A DNA stretch of 64,000 nt, taken from positions 8,928,001 to 8,992,000 of the forward strand of contig CAIIXF020000001.1 in assembly GCA_903813345.2 (NCBI GenBank), written 5' to 3'. The notes beneath the pieces were generated by a model. That model searched no databases. It was not told where the DNA came from and saw nothing but the letters and a program-made list of their open reading frames with translations. Numbering within the stretch: position 1 is the first letter of the stretch; each line of letters opens with the position of its first letter. Shown here in pieces: positions 1 through 12,700 of the stretch. A program made the position numbers and the translations under genes. This DNA comes from Owenia fusiformis. Lineage: Eukaryota.

Positions 1-57
1 TACCTTAGTTAATAACTCCAATCTCTTAACCCTATATATTTATCCATTCACACTTAG

Positions 58-237
58 GGGTGGAAAAAGCAGACATCAATGCTGAAGATGTTCTGGCTGG
101 AAATGAAACATCAACTGAGGAACTTCCTGTACCAACGAAAGAATGTGATAGTTTGACGATCCTGGCTGGCATTTTTATATTTATATCGGTTTTCCTCATC
201 TTGCCTTGTTGGTTTTGCTTGTAGTTGAGAAAATCAG
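58..237 (+). other. Possible internal exon of a single-pass membrane protein (juxtamembrane plus hydrophobic stretch), possibly frameshifted
   Basis: TAG acceptor at 55-57 and AG|GTA donor at 237/238. It reads VEKADINAEDVLAGNETSTEELPVPTKECDSLTILAGIFIFISVFLIL, then either PCWFCL* (TAG 222-224) or, with a 1-nt shift, LLVLLVVEKIR up to the donor. No neighbouring exons are visible because of the window edge and the gap. Confidence 0.3.
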
Positions 238-487
238 GTACAACTACTTTGTATTTAGACTTCAAATTCACTAAACATTTTTTATCTGGGGGCATTTGGA
301 ACTTAGTCACAGATCGTTTTATTATTTTGTTGAAAATGTAGAACTTGTATTTTGCTTGTAATTATGAAAACATAATGTCACGTTATTATATTCTTCATCA
401 TTTCTTGCCATGGAGTCAACACACTGTGAAGAATTGAATCCCGACTTTGAGAAAAATATTTAATTTTGAGGATACCTAATGGACAGG

Positions 488-514
488 TATTGTATTGTAT
501 TGTATTGTATTGTA
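488..514. repeat. (GTATT)n microsatellite
   Basis: About 5 tandem GTATT units. Confidence 0.85.
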
Positions 515-597
515 TATTCTTTATTTCCTCCATTAAATGAAGATTACAATTTAACATTTTAACTTAACTCAAAATTAAGGACAAATAAAATAATAAT

Positions 598-1097
598 NNN
601 NNNNNNNNNNNNNNNNNNNNNNNNNNNNNNNNNNNNNNNNNNNNNNNNNNNNNNNNNNNNNNNNNNNNNNNNNNNNNNNNNNNNNNNNNNNNNNNNNNNN
701 NNNNNNNNNNNNNNNNNNNNNNNNNNNNNNNNNNNNNNNNNNNNNNNNNNNNNNNNNNNNNNNNNNNNNNNNNNNNNNNNNNNNNNNNNNNNNNNNNNNN
801 NNNNNNNNNNNNNNNNNNNNNNNNNNNNNNNNNNNNNNNNNNNNNNNNNNNNNNNNNNNNNNNNNNNNNNNNNNNNNNNNNNNNNNNNNNNNNNNNNNNN
901 NNNNNNNNNNNNNNNNNNNNNNNNNNNNNNNNNNNNNNNNNNNNNNNNNNNNNNNNNNNNNNNNNNNNNNNNNNNNNNNNNNNNNNNNNNNNNNNNNNNN
1001 NNNNNNNNNNNNNNNNNNNNNNNNNNNNNNNNNNNNNNNNNNNNNNNNNNNNNNNNNNNNNNNNNNNNNNNNNNNNNNNNNNNNNNNNNNNNNNNNN
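598..1097. other. Assembly gap (500 N)
   Basis: Run of N; ORFs spanning it are artefacts. Confidence 0.99.
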
Positions 1098-4000
1098 AAT
1101 GCAATTATGTGGATGAAGAAGTTCATATAGTGGGCAACATTGAAAATTACTCCTGGAACACTTCTGAAACAACCCATTTCACTATTTAAGTCTCATATTC
1201 CCATTGTGTTCACTAGGGCTCAAATTTAGAAACTCTCAGAAGTCGGCTTTGTAAAAATCACATAGACTACTTTCACGGATGATGAGAATTGGTTTGATAT
1301 TTGAAGCGAGGTTAATTTGGGTTGGCAGAAACATTTGATCTTACTCTGTGTCTGATTCCCAAGGCAAACGTTAACGTAAGCAATGTGTAAAAAATTATAT
1401 CTAAGAAAACTGTTGTAAAAATGGTGCTCAATGATACGGTTGAAGATACAACAACCCAACCATTCATGATTGCTACTTTAAAAACAACTCAAATGACGTT
1501 AGTGCTCATGGGGATGAAGTAGATGACCCCAAGGGCGTTAGTGTACATGTCTCTAAAGCTGGCCCTATTTATGAACATGCTAAACTAGGAGTAGTCCTGG
1601 GTACCCCAATTGTCGGAGCCTAGTACGTGTAAACGAAGCTCTCTCGAAGCAAAATGAAATTATTGAAATGGCAAGTTCTGGATGTAAGACGATTAAAAAA
1701 ATTCAATTGTAGGTGATCTCATCATGTGATATCTTACTTAAAGTCTACAAGTAAATTACAGGATATCCGTCCATACAGATAGCTATTCTAGATTAGAAGC
1801 CCTGGTGTAAATATACATCTTAGAAACCCATCAATATTTCAGGATGAAGCACGAAAAAGTTGCATTATGTGTCTTAGGATTGATATTGGGCGTCTGGGGA
1901 AATACAAGGTGACATTTTTCTTAACTCAGCATCTCAATTACAAATGTTTACGGGGAATGGGTTTTGCTGAATTCAATAAGGTGTCACGAGAGAGACGCTT
2001 GTGATGATGCAACGCTTCTGTAAGTTGGAGATAAACGAATTTGCTTGTTCATGGGGAAGCGATTGGACCATCCAGACCTTCCTAATTATGTAAAGAATAT
2101 TAATAAACTACCCGCGATATGGACGAGAATATTGAGTTACTGGATCAATGACAAAACAACCCCGAAGCATCTGATGCCAAATATCTATTTTACGGAGTGG
2201 TAAATTTTAGGTCATGCCTGGCTTATGTTTTGGCTTAGAGGTTGATTTCTATTTTGCCCTAATGAAAGTCGTCATGGAAACTTGAACAGTGGCATGTACT
2301 GTCCTGAACCATTCATGCTATGCTTTAATATATCCAACATATATCCATATCTTTAAACAAGGTAATGCATGTCACATAGAGATTCGGTCTAAGAAGTCTT
2401 AATTGGTATTGATCTACATGTACGTATGGAAGACGGTTAACAACAAACATGTCCGAAAACACTGTAGAGGTGGCGCATTCTGTAGTCTGTACATCTATAA
2501 GTTCAATCTTCGATTTAACAGCTGTCGATCTGATGGCCTTCATATCTATCACAATCTATTGGTTCTTCCTCATGTTTAAATGTAAATTTTTCTCCTTAGG
2601 CCTTACCACATCCAATTTTGCTGTCACTTCTTGCATTATGTAGATTTTCTGGTGAAACCCCGGGTGCTGAAACTGCAGGATTCTGAATTAATATCCATTC
2701 CCCATCCATAAGTGTGAATCAAACTGAAACAGTGGCATTGAGTATACTTACTTTCTCGTTTGTTATTGGAAGGAGTTGTAATTCCAAAAAACGCTTTTCT
2801 TTATGACAGTGCCCCCGTGTGATGTAAAGTCTTCCCCTTATTTGGTATATAACCCAAGGTTTCCCATTCAAAATTGGGTGTTAAGTTCACAAAGCATTTC
2901 AGACTAGCAGTCTTTTTGTTGGCTAGGTCTAATGCTAATCTTCTATATCAACCAATACGTAATCTCCCGGATTGTCCTTTGTGATTTCTAATGGCATTTT
3001 CTGAATTTCTCAAAGTACTTCAGTCCTTGATTCTTGCAATGATTATTATTGTTTCTGGCCTGTGCCAAAATTGGTCGACTATTGTATAATTTCCCTTGTA
3101 CACTCTCTGTTGTATGACCAATTGACTTTAAAATAGTAACCGGTACCGTTTACGTTAAAAACCTCACTCAATATTGTAGGAGCAGCAAGAATGGATCACC
3201 CTACGTGTACAATCGTTCATTAGATTTCCCAATTCCAATTACCAGTTTGGCACAGGTCTAGGCATTACTGTTGACAGGATCGTCTTCTTGTTTCGGGCAA
3301 TTTACTTACAATTGGTATTACTTGCTGATTTATGGCTGAACTAAAATACAATTGGAGGTTCGTTTCTGACTGCTGTCTTGGTCTAGTGGGATTTCATCTC
3401 ATAAACTTTATCCTTTCTAGATAAGTTTCTATTAATTAATTAATAAGTGATAACAAAAGTGTTTTTTCTTTAAAGCTCACAAACGTGTCTTTAAGTGTTT
3501 TTATGAAATCATCTCGGAATTAATATTTTGCGCTTTCGTTCGGGGATTCCATGTATCGCGTGACAAAACACCATTGTGGTGCATTTCTCTTCTGACTATC
3601 ATAGGAAATGGATAGTAGAGTTCAGTTCCATCAGTAGACAATTCATTATTTCCATCCTGTTAAACTGCCATTCTAAAATTGCACATTTGTATCAATTTTA
3701 AAACGGTTTCTGCAACATCTTTCCATTATTCTCAAATTGCATAATGTTATGCATTCTTTCAACTTCAGGAGCACATTTGGGACTCGAATGGATAGTTCTA
3801 TAGGTTAAGTTTGATTTATATTCTAAGAGAACGGAGAACAAGCCATTGGAAGTTAATTATCTCAGCCGCACATATAAGGCTCGGGGAAATTCAATAGAAG
3901 TGGGCCCCACGAGAGCTTGTTTCGCAATTACATGTTCCGCTATACCAGCCTTCACTGCAGAACGAAGTGCTGGGAATACTAATGCATACATTCTCATAAC

Positions 4001-6303
4001 TGTATCACAATATTTTCGCTTGTTCCGTATATATCTTTATCTATAATTGGTATTGCATTGAGGAAGGTTTCCACCTGATACCAGATATCTGCTATATATT
4101 ATTTTAACTAAATTAGATGATAACATTCACAATCAGCTATGATTAACAACTGGTGTTGGAAGCCTCAAAAAGAAAGATGCGCAAAATAGACATATTGAGT
4201 TCTAATCTGCTAATTAACAAAATGATACAGGCATCGGTATGGTAACGAGCAAAGAGAACGTTGTCATACGAATTTGATATAGATTGATCATATTGAGCAT
4301 GTAAAAGCGGTCTTGATTATACAAATCATGCACAAGTAAGCTAATCTATCAAAGGGATATAGATAATGTAATAACTGTTGCTAAACTGTCTTAGAGGCAA
4401 TTTGCCACCATCGGTGTGCCAGCTGCACGCTTCCAAGTGTGTTGCAAATACTAATTGCTTGCTCTTATTTATTGGAATACCTTCGTAGGCCTGAATGACC
4501 GATCGTATTGCGCAAACTTAGTTTTGTGTTTTAATTAATGATTACAGGTGTAAGTATTTGTAAACGCGAAAAAGTGGAAGCACGTTGTAATGATTCGGAC
4601 GGTACAGACGCAGGTCAAATACCCGTTGGCTGTTTTGTTTTCTTTCTTAACACCTGAACACGAAGACTAGGCTAAATTGATAATGAATTAAGTAAGTACA
4701 GTAACCCTAATTCTAACAAAATAGAGAAAATAGGACTCTCCCGATGAGGTTATTGCCAAAAACCTAGCCTGATGGGTCGAAATGCCATTAATGTGTCACG
4801 TTTGATGGATTAATGGACGACTCCATGGGCCATGTTTGAATACAGACCAACACAGGCCATTCACAAAAGGTCGGGTTATCAGACACATTTATCTGTTCAT
4901 GAGATAACGCCATGTAATTTATACTGATTCATCAAAATATATATCTTTTATTGACTCAATAACCATGTCATGTAAATGACATATCAGTCACAAAAAAAAG
5001 CGAATCTTTTAACTAAAAACAATGGAAATAAACGTCTTGAATGACCGACCTCCGAAGAACATCTTCATATTCAATAGCGTTAGTTAGTAGTCAGAACATA
5101 ACCCTTCTCTGTAATCAGACATGTTTTTGGATTACAAGTTTGGTTTTAGATTTTAGAAATGGACATTTCAATTGGGCCCCTGCCACGTCCCTTAAAATTG
5201 TTAGCTTAAACAATAAATAAAAGCACAACACGACCATAAGCTTACATTTTGTTTCAATTTCAATCCTTTCAACAATCTGCCTCCAATCAACTGAGATGAA
5301 TCAACTTGCGCATGTCCATTTTTCAAAAAATGCTCCAATGTGCATTTTTCAAAAATCTAAAAAAAGATTTCAGTCAAAATCAAAAAAGAATGGCTATAAC
5401 CTATTCCTTCTTTTCTTACATGTATTCGTTAAGCTACTCTAGGTATTTCATTGTTCATGTTGTTCACCACGTGTTTCGAAACCCAATTAAATCACATTAA
5501 CTAATTTTGATGAAGGAAAAACACGTTAGTCTAAGTTTCGTTTTGTTATTAAACGCGTCTGCCGCACTAAATCTTTGACTGCATTTTTCGAAAGAAATAA
5601 AATCTATGCAGTTTTGCAAAAACACAAAGTCCTATGTTACCATTGTTTCTAATAATCTTACATCAACCATCTTAGATTTATTCAATTTAGATTTAGAATA
5701 GCCGGGACTGAGGATGTACGCCTATTCACAAGTTCATAATCATTTTTTATCCCATTCCAATTGAAGAAAGGTCAAAAAGCCCAAACAAACACGACTAGAC
5801 CGTGACATTTTCAATTGCATGATGAATTCGAATCGAATCGAACACTTTTGACCTTTCGAATGGTCACCGAAATTCAATGAAAGGTCTGAAATCTGAACTC
5901 TTGACAACTCTTTCAATGTTGAACCCCTGTGTTTAATTGCATAGAACAATTACGGGTGGATGTTTATAATTACGTCATGTTGCATGGAGATATTATTGGA
6001 ACAGACATATCTTCTTCATCTCTTGTTGTCATAATGAGATCATAAGATTGTCCCTATAGTTATCATATATGATAGACGGTTCATAGATTTCAATGCTGAA
6101 CTGTTATTGCCAATTGTCGATGTTGACTCGGATATCTTTGTGATGCTTGGAATTAGATTTAGGAGAAGATACTCGAAGGAGTCGAGAAGGCCCATAGAGG
6201 ATGTTTCTAATACAGTCACACCTGATGCTCGGGCCCTCTGAGTACTATGCCTAGTCCTATCGCTGAACTTGTGCGATAGGGCTGAAAATAAGCCTGATCT
6301 TTC

Positions 6304-6500
6304 TCTAAACCTGTATGTCCGAGCACATCTTTAAAATCCGAACACCTCCCAATGTGAACACTTTTTCTAAGTCCCAGTTATCAGAATTATGTTATCTCCC
6401 ATTGATGCATGTATTAAGAAAGCTTGAAATATGAACATCTGCCAATCAGAACACTTTTGTCCGGCCCCAGTGACGTTCGAATAAGACGGATTGTATTGTA
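6304..6500. mobile_element. Degenerate MITE, same family as 20820-21005
   Basis: Shares CGAACACCTC..AATGTGAACAC..TTTT..AGTCCCA and the 3' GTTC.A.TAAGA..G..TGTA end with the copy at 20820. Confidence 0.5.
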
Positions 6501-8106
6501 TTAGCTTATATGGAAGTTAATTGTCAGTGTCAAAGTTACATCCTGTTCGTGACTTACTACTCTGGTTCAGCCACAGGAATATTGTGCCCTGGGAACTGTG
6601 ACACACTAAAGCGGCTGTTATAATTTCTTAAATTATTCATGTCTATCAATAAGTTATTTTATTAGACAGGCTTGTGTTAACAACTTAAGTGATCGTGAAA
6701 TGAATGTAAAACATCAATACAAAATGCAATTCAGCTAAAAAATATTTCCACGTTTTGTTGTAATGACACAGAACGAGACCCGGGGCTTTAAACGTTTCTG
6801 TTATTGTTTAACAATATCATTCTAAGTTATTGTATAATACATTTAATATGATAGTGACATCACAATAACTAGAACAATTGATTTACCGGTCTATTTTGGA
6901 GTATGTATGACCACTAAAATTTATAAATGCAAATATTTGTTTTTCTTGTCTGTTTAGTGTTTATCATATTAGAATCGTAACAAAGACCTCGATTTTATGA
7001 TTTATGTCAAATATATGACCTCAAATTTTATTCTGGCCATTGCTTAACTTATACACTACTTTGTGTCCTAACTCATCCGTTCTTAACGCTTCGTTCGTTT
7101 GAAAAATCCGAGTAAATCGTGTGATATGGGGGCTTTACCGATGTCAAAAAGGACATGGGGTAAATGCGGAGAGTAACTTTACAAAGATCTGTCTCATTCA
7201 GCATCGTTATGTCTCATATCATCCATCTCAGCTTAAAATCTCCAAACTTCATAATAGCTCAAGGACTAACGGACCATCACCTATAGTTTTATTGGAAACT
7301 TCAACAACATTTTCAATAATCTCACTTGAATGAATCTTTTTGTGAAGATAAAAGAATTAAAAGATGTATTTGTAATGATAAAAACACGTTGGTTTAAAAA
7401 ATCGCGAATGATGATTGCAATTTTGTCAACTCTTGGCTTCCTCGCTGATTTCGGCTGAACAATATCACGTAAAATGTGTAGAATTAATACGTGTAATGCA
7501 ATATCTACACATTTTTTATAGACATCCAGCTCATAGTAGTAAACAACATATTGTATACTTTAATTGCAACACGTAAAGTGCCTACGTAGTGTCTAAATTG
7601 TTAAAATCAATAAATTGCCTGAACTTGAAATTGCAGTGCTGGTAGCATCGGGTCTTTGAACACGACAGGGCAATTAGAACGGATCTGCTAATGACCGTAC
7701 AAGAAATCGGAAAACATGAGTCAATTTTTGCATGTTACATTTTTATCATGACTCATAATGTAACAAATATATTCTGATTCTATTCAAAAATATGCAGCTT
7801 ATGCTTCTCAAGTTATGTGCCCCATCATTGATTTGGAAGATGCCAACTCAAAGCAACTACACGCGATTGTCATGTTTTGTGATTAGAAGATGTCTCGTAT
7901 AGCGTCGATTTGAAAAGTGGAACGGACGTATGATTATGGTCTGGAATCCTTGACAATAGAACGATTTCAAACATTTTTCTGGCAATTATTTATTAAATTA
8001 ATTTTATGGTTGGTCTCATATACACTAGGGATCAACTGGAAACGAAATGTGGTTATCCATCAAATTTTAACTTAATATTTGACCAGTGTGTATTCACAGA
8101 TTAGTT

Positions 8107-8391
8107 CCCTGACTAAGGAAACGAAGACAGTTTTCCGTTTCGTAGCCATGAAACGAATTAAGACATGTATTATGTGCAACGAAGACGTTCGTTTGTACCA
8201 TATCAACGTTGTAATATCGCTGCGGAAGGTCTCATTTGCACTTCAAAGCGCATTGTATATGTCTTGGAAGGATGAAACGCTATTTTAACTCTGCGTACCT
8301 TTACTTAGTACTTCAGATATTATAAACCCTATATGTACTGTTTTTGTTTCTCTGAGAAACTGGAGAAACTGTCTTCGTTTCCTAACGAGGG
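8107..8391. mobile_element. MITE with CCC...GGG termini
   Basis: Imperfect terminal inverted repeats: CCCTGACTAAGGAAACGAAGACAGTTTT and AGAAACTGTCTTCGTTTCCTAACGAGGG. Confidence 0.65.
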
Positions 8392-8401
8392 AATTGTTTT
8401 G

Positions 8402-9042
8402 TAAGGTGTCTCAAAAAAGGAAACCGAGATTAAACTGCTAATTTCTCAAAGATGAATAATGTTATGGAAAATTCGCAGGAGGCTTCCTTTGCGTCATTAT
8501 GTCCTCTTTCATATGATATCAAGATGTTCTATTTTCTTCCACAGATGACTGAGCAATCAGGGATTTAAGTTACCATGTCAGAAATGGATTTGTGCCATTT
8601 TCAGTCAAGTCACCATCATAATATAGTGATAAGGAACAACACACATCAGGATATTACTCTTTCACTCATTTATTAAAATTACACATATCATATTTAACAC
8701 CATTCAAAGTTGTTCTAACCCCTTTTAATCCTTTCAATGCAAATGTCTGCCCTAGATCTCATCACACGAACTGCATCCCTGCAAAACCATCCTGGCAACC
8801 ATTTTAATCGCTCATTGTTCAGTCATTCATGAAAGAAAAAGTGGCACACCACAAACCTATTTCTGACATGGTCACTGAAATTCCTTAGAACTTAGTCATC
8901 CGTGAAGGAAAATAGACAACTTTGGTATCATAAGAAAGGAGACATCATAACCTATCAGATATCAGATGTGAAGTTTTCCTATTATTATTCATATTAGAGA
9001 AATGAAGAATTAAACCCCGGTATCCTTTTTTGAGACACCCTG
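8402..9042. mobile_element. Tc1/mariner-like non-autonomous element
   Basis: TIRs AGGTGTCTCAAAAAAGGAAACCG and CGGTATCCTTTTTTGAGACACCCTG; CAGGGTGTC-type ends are typical of Tc1/mariner; no ORF. Confidence 0.7.
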
Positions 9043-9043
9043 T

Positions 9044-9189
9044 TAATGCCTGGGTCACATTTGCTCCGATCCATCTGCCGGCGCCTGGCCGATTGAGTGT
9101 TTTGTTCAATATTGTATTCAATTTTGAACAAAATACTCAATCGCCCGGGCGCCGTAGTGAAAAGCGGAGCAAATGTGACCAAGGCATTA
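9044..9189. mobile_element. Fold-back MITE (PIF/Harbinger-like)
   Basis: Near-complete 146-bp palindrome, TAATGCCTGGGTCACATTTGCTCCG...CGGAGCAAATGTGACCAAGGCATTA, with TWA-type flanks. It explains the mirror ORFs at 8994-9251. Confidence 0.75.
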
Positions 9190-9590
9190 TACGGGCCAAA
9201 CATTTAGTTGAAAAAAAAAATTATTATCAACCGGAAGTCCGACCAAGCTGAAACGAAAAGATAATGTGTTCGTTTCCAGTTGAGCCCCGGTGACTATCGT
9301 CCATATTGATATATTAATGTTTTTTGTATTGCAACGCAAAATGCTCTGACTTTCCTCATTAAGAAAGATGAGTTTCTTTGATACACTGTGGGGGTGACAA
9401 TTAGTTGTTAATTGATACATTATCATATCTGAATTTTGACTCCCAAGAAGATCGATATTTCTTATATTTGGCATTCAGCACCATTTGGCCTAACATTACT
9501 GTATGAAGTAATAGTAATGAATGAGTCTGTTTAGAGATTTATTGGTATGTAATAATGAGTGCCCTGTAATATAGAAGAAGGCATTAACAA

Positions 9591-9708
9591 TAAAATGTCA
9601 CCACTTGCCATTTGTTACGAACGCCGGCCACCGAGCATCAACCGTTGAATTCCGCCCACAATAAAAGTTGGAAACTATAACAATATGTCTCCACTTTTGA
9701 TGGTGACA
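9591..9708. repeat. Dispersed repeat (related copies at about 17384-17496 and 48379-48488)
   Basis: Shared AAAATGT.ACCACT.GCCATTTGTTAC...GTTG.A.ACTA..ACAATATGTC..CAC.T.TG.TG motif. Confidence 0.6.
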
Positions 9709-12700
9709 TGACAACTACGATGGTGACATGACAACTACGATTATAAGAATACAGGCAAGAACAATATTTTATATTTATCCCATGGTTGCAAGGGTATAAG
9801 ATCGAATACCACTTAGATATATTTGATATGTGGATCAAGGTATCATATTTTAGCAAAACAATCCCCAACCTATTCGATGATTTCAAAAGTGATATTCGAT
9901 GGTTGCGATTTTTTATTCTACTTTTTAATTGTTTTCAATGAATATTTATAAATGAGTTTTATTCAAAACCATCCTATGATAAATTACAGGGTAACACAAA
10001 AATACAACCCACTTATTTTGAAATAATCTGTTAATTGATTTTTTCGTGAGACAGGCTCTCGCATATAATTCCTCAAAAAGTAGCCAATAAAGCATTTTTG
10101 TGTCACTAGATGTCCAATGCTATGTACATGTAAGCCTGAAAATACAAGCTTGACCAAATGGCATGTCCGATTGCTCCATGCGCATTTTGAGATTTTTTTT
10201 TTAAAAAACATATCAAAACAGATATACGTAATCAAATGCCATGTGTGTAAAAAATCAAGAATATCGAATGTTTCTGACAAATATATTTCTATACTTCTAT
10301 AAGTAGCTATATTCCACCTCACTGCGTTTTCCGTACTCAATCTAGGTCACGATGACCTTATAAATTGGTCTTTTCTCTCACCAATGCTTAAATATATCAC
10401 TAAATAAATGTTTAGACATTTACGGAAATAACCACCCACCTTAGAGACATATGTATGTTTTATATGTCTCTACCCACCCAAAATAAACAGTGATGAGAAG
10501 TTCTTTTATACGTTCTGCAATTCGTGAAGCCGAAAAAAACTCTGTTAATTTTTTTTACAAAATGTTTCAATTCACTACTAATAATATTTAAAACGTTTAA
10601 ATTTACTATTAATGATAATTAACTATTGATTATGTTCTGCCAAGACTTACCAATCTGAGTACGTCAACCTTTATTCCATATCTTTCTTTTCGATATCAAG
10701 TCAACGTTCAACAAACATACTCATTTAAATCGGAAATATTATTTATCCTTTGGTTTATCTGTCCTTATTGGATATCAACCATTCCTTGGAACAAAATGTC
10801 TTGACGATCTGCAAGTTCTAAGAAGACATCTTTCTTCTTCAATTCCTTTTATGTTAGGTGGTAGCCTAGAAAGTGAAGAGTAACTCCTAACTCATCAGTA
10901 ATTCGGCATGGAAAGGTTTAACGGGGATCGATCATTTTTCTTTCACGGGCGGATCCTCGCTATGGTATGCGTTATCATCCTCTTCAATGTAAATTATTCA
11001 TAAACTCGTCTGCGACCAGCTTGCAGGTAAAGAATTGTTCAGTATCTTCATACAGAAGTTAAAATCATTCGGTATCGGCTGAGTTATTAGAATGCAGAAT
11101 AAATCCAATAAATTGTATTTCTATATACCAACTATTGTGCTCTACCAGTGCAGTTGTACTAATGATCGTTAGTATATTATTATTAGGCTTCTTTTTATAT
11201 AAACGTATACGTAATTATTTTATTGGATTTTGTATATACTTGAGAATCCTAAAAATATCCTTAAGCTATATTTGACGATGGTCTTAGAGTTTGAATAAAA
11301 TCTGTTCTGACTTTATAATAAAAACATTGACTTTTTTAAAATTAGATAATATAATTGAAAAACAATCAGCATACGATATTAAACCAAATGAAGGACGAAC
11401 CGAACATTTATAGTACCATTACAACATACCTTTCATAACCTAAATATGAATTAATCATACAATCTTAATTAATAAATAATATCGTTAATTATTGTATATT
11501 TATTGTTGACATGATGTATACATAGGTTAATATATAATTGCAATCAAAATTTAAGAATTCTAGTAATAATTAGATTGAATCGAGGAACGCAATGCAGTGT
11601 GATTAAGAAGCAGTCTGAGACGCATCACATCTGTTTTTCAACTAGAAATAAACATGAATATCTGAATATATATGTTCAAAAAAGGGACTGGTGGGAGGCT
11701 ATGGTCGCTCACGATGACTTAAATAAACGTAACAACGGGAGTCAAAATAACGTTAATTGATGTACATAAGGCACGATAACCTGTGTTCCAAACATAGCAT
11801 CCGAAAGACTAATTCCGAAAAACTGCAAATAAATCGGATATTAACCTCCTAATTCATTTACAAAAACATATGTTGAAAAAGAAAAATCAAATGATAGGCC
11901 CCTAATTGATTTTGTTGCCAATTAATATACACCAGTGTATTGCAAACGTCTGGGAAATGCAGTTTATTATTGGCCATATAGCCCCCTGGGATCGATCATT
12001 TATTGAAAAATGGGGGCATTAGGGATAGAGATACAAGTCGAACTGGGCCTTAGAGGTTACGAGACACTTCTTTGCTAATAGCAATTTTAGTTGATTAGTC
12101 TTTTCCCCATAAATTATGTAAATACCAAGCATAATTACATTACGTTTTGTGTTTTCAGAGTTTCAGGACTAGGTCATAGCAAAAGTACCTGTGTTGAAAA
12201 GGAAGTACATTCCAAACGCACAGCCGCAAGATATGACTCAATTTGAAGTTATTCCCGAAGTCAATTCATGTTCAATTAACTATTTTTTGTTCGGGCCGTG
12301 TTGAGGCTGAGTGCCTAGTTGCCAACCAGAAATTCCAGCGCTAATGTGATGCAGTAATTCATTTGTGTTCTATGTGCTAATGTTATCGGAAAGATTTTTT
12401 GAAACAGGTTCCAGAATGCAAAAGCAGACACAGGTGGCATGGCTATATTGGAATATGTTGTGTCAGATATTGATAAACTTACAACATAAACCTCTACACA
12501 AGTAGGCGATCAATCAATGTGCAACAATCGTACAGGTGAACTGCACAGTATATCAAAAATAAACTAATCTAGTTATTCGAGATCAAGAAATATGCCTCGC
12601 TGTCATTATGCTTTCATTTTAAGTTGGCCAGTTGGAGCATACTTTTGTCCAAAATCTAAACTCCGGACATTACCCAGATACCTGCATGTTTCAGTCCTAA

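Noticed and set aside
559-1177. Long ORFs of 181-202 aa
   Set aside because: Artefacts of the N gap.
9020-9030. GTATCCTTTT U12 donor-like sequence
   Set aside because: It lies within a transposon TIR with no preceding exon.
8994-9251. Mirror-image ORFs on both strands
   Set aside because: Explained by the palindromic MITE; not genes.
10780-11060. Coding-like minus-strand fragments (EDTEQFFTCKLVADEF..., KELKKKDVFLELADRQD)
   Set aside because: Interrupted by stops and frameshifts, with no recognisable family or splice structure.
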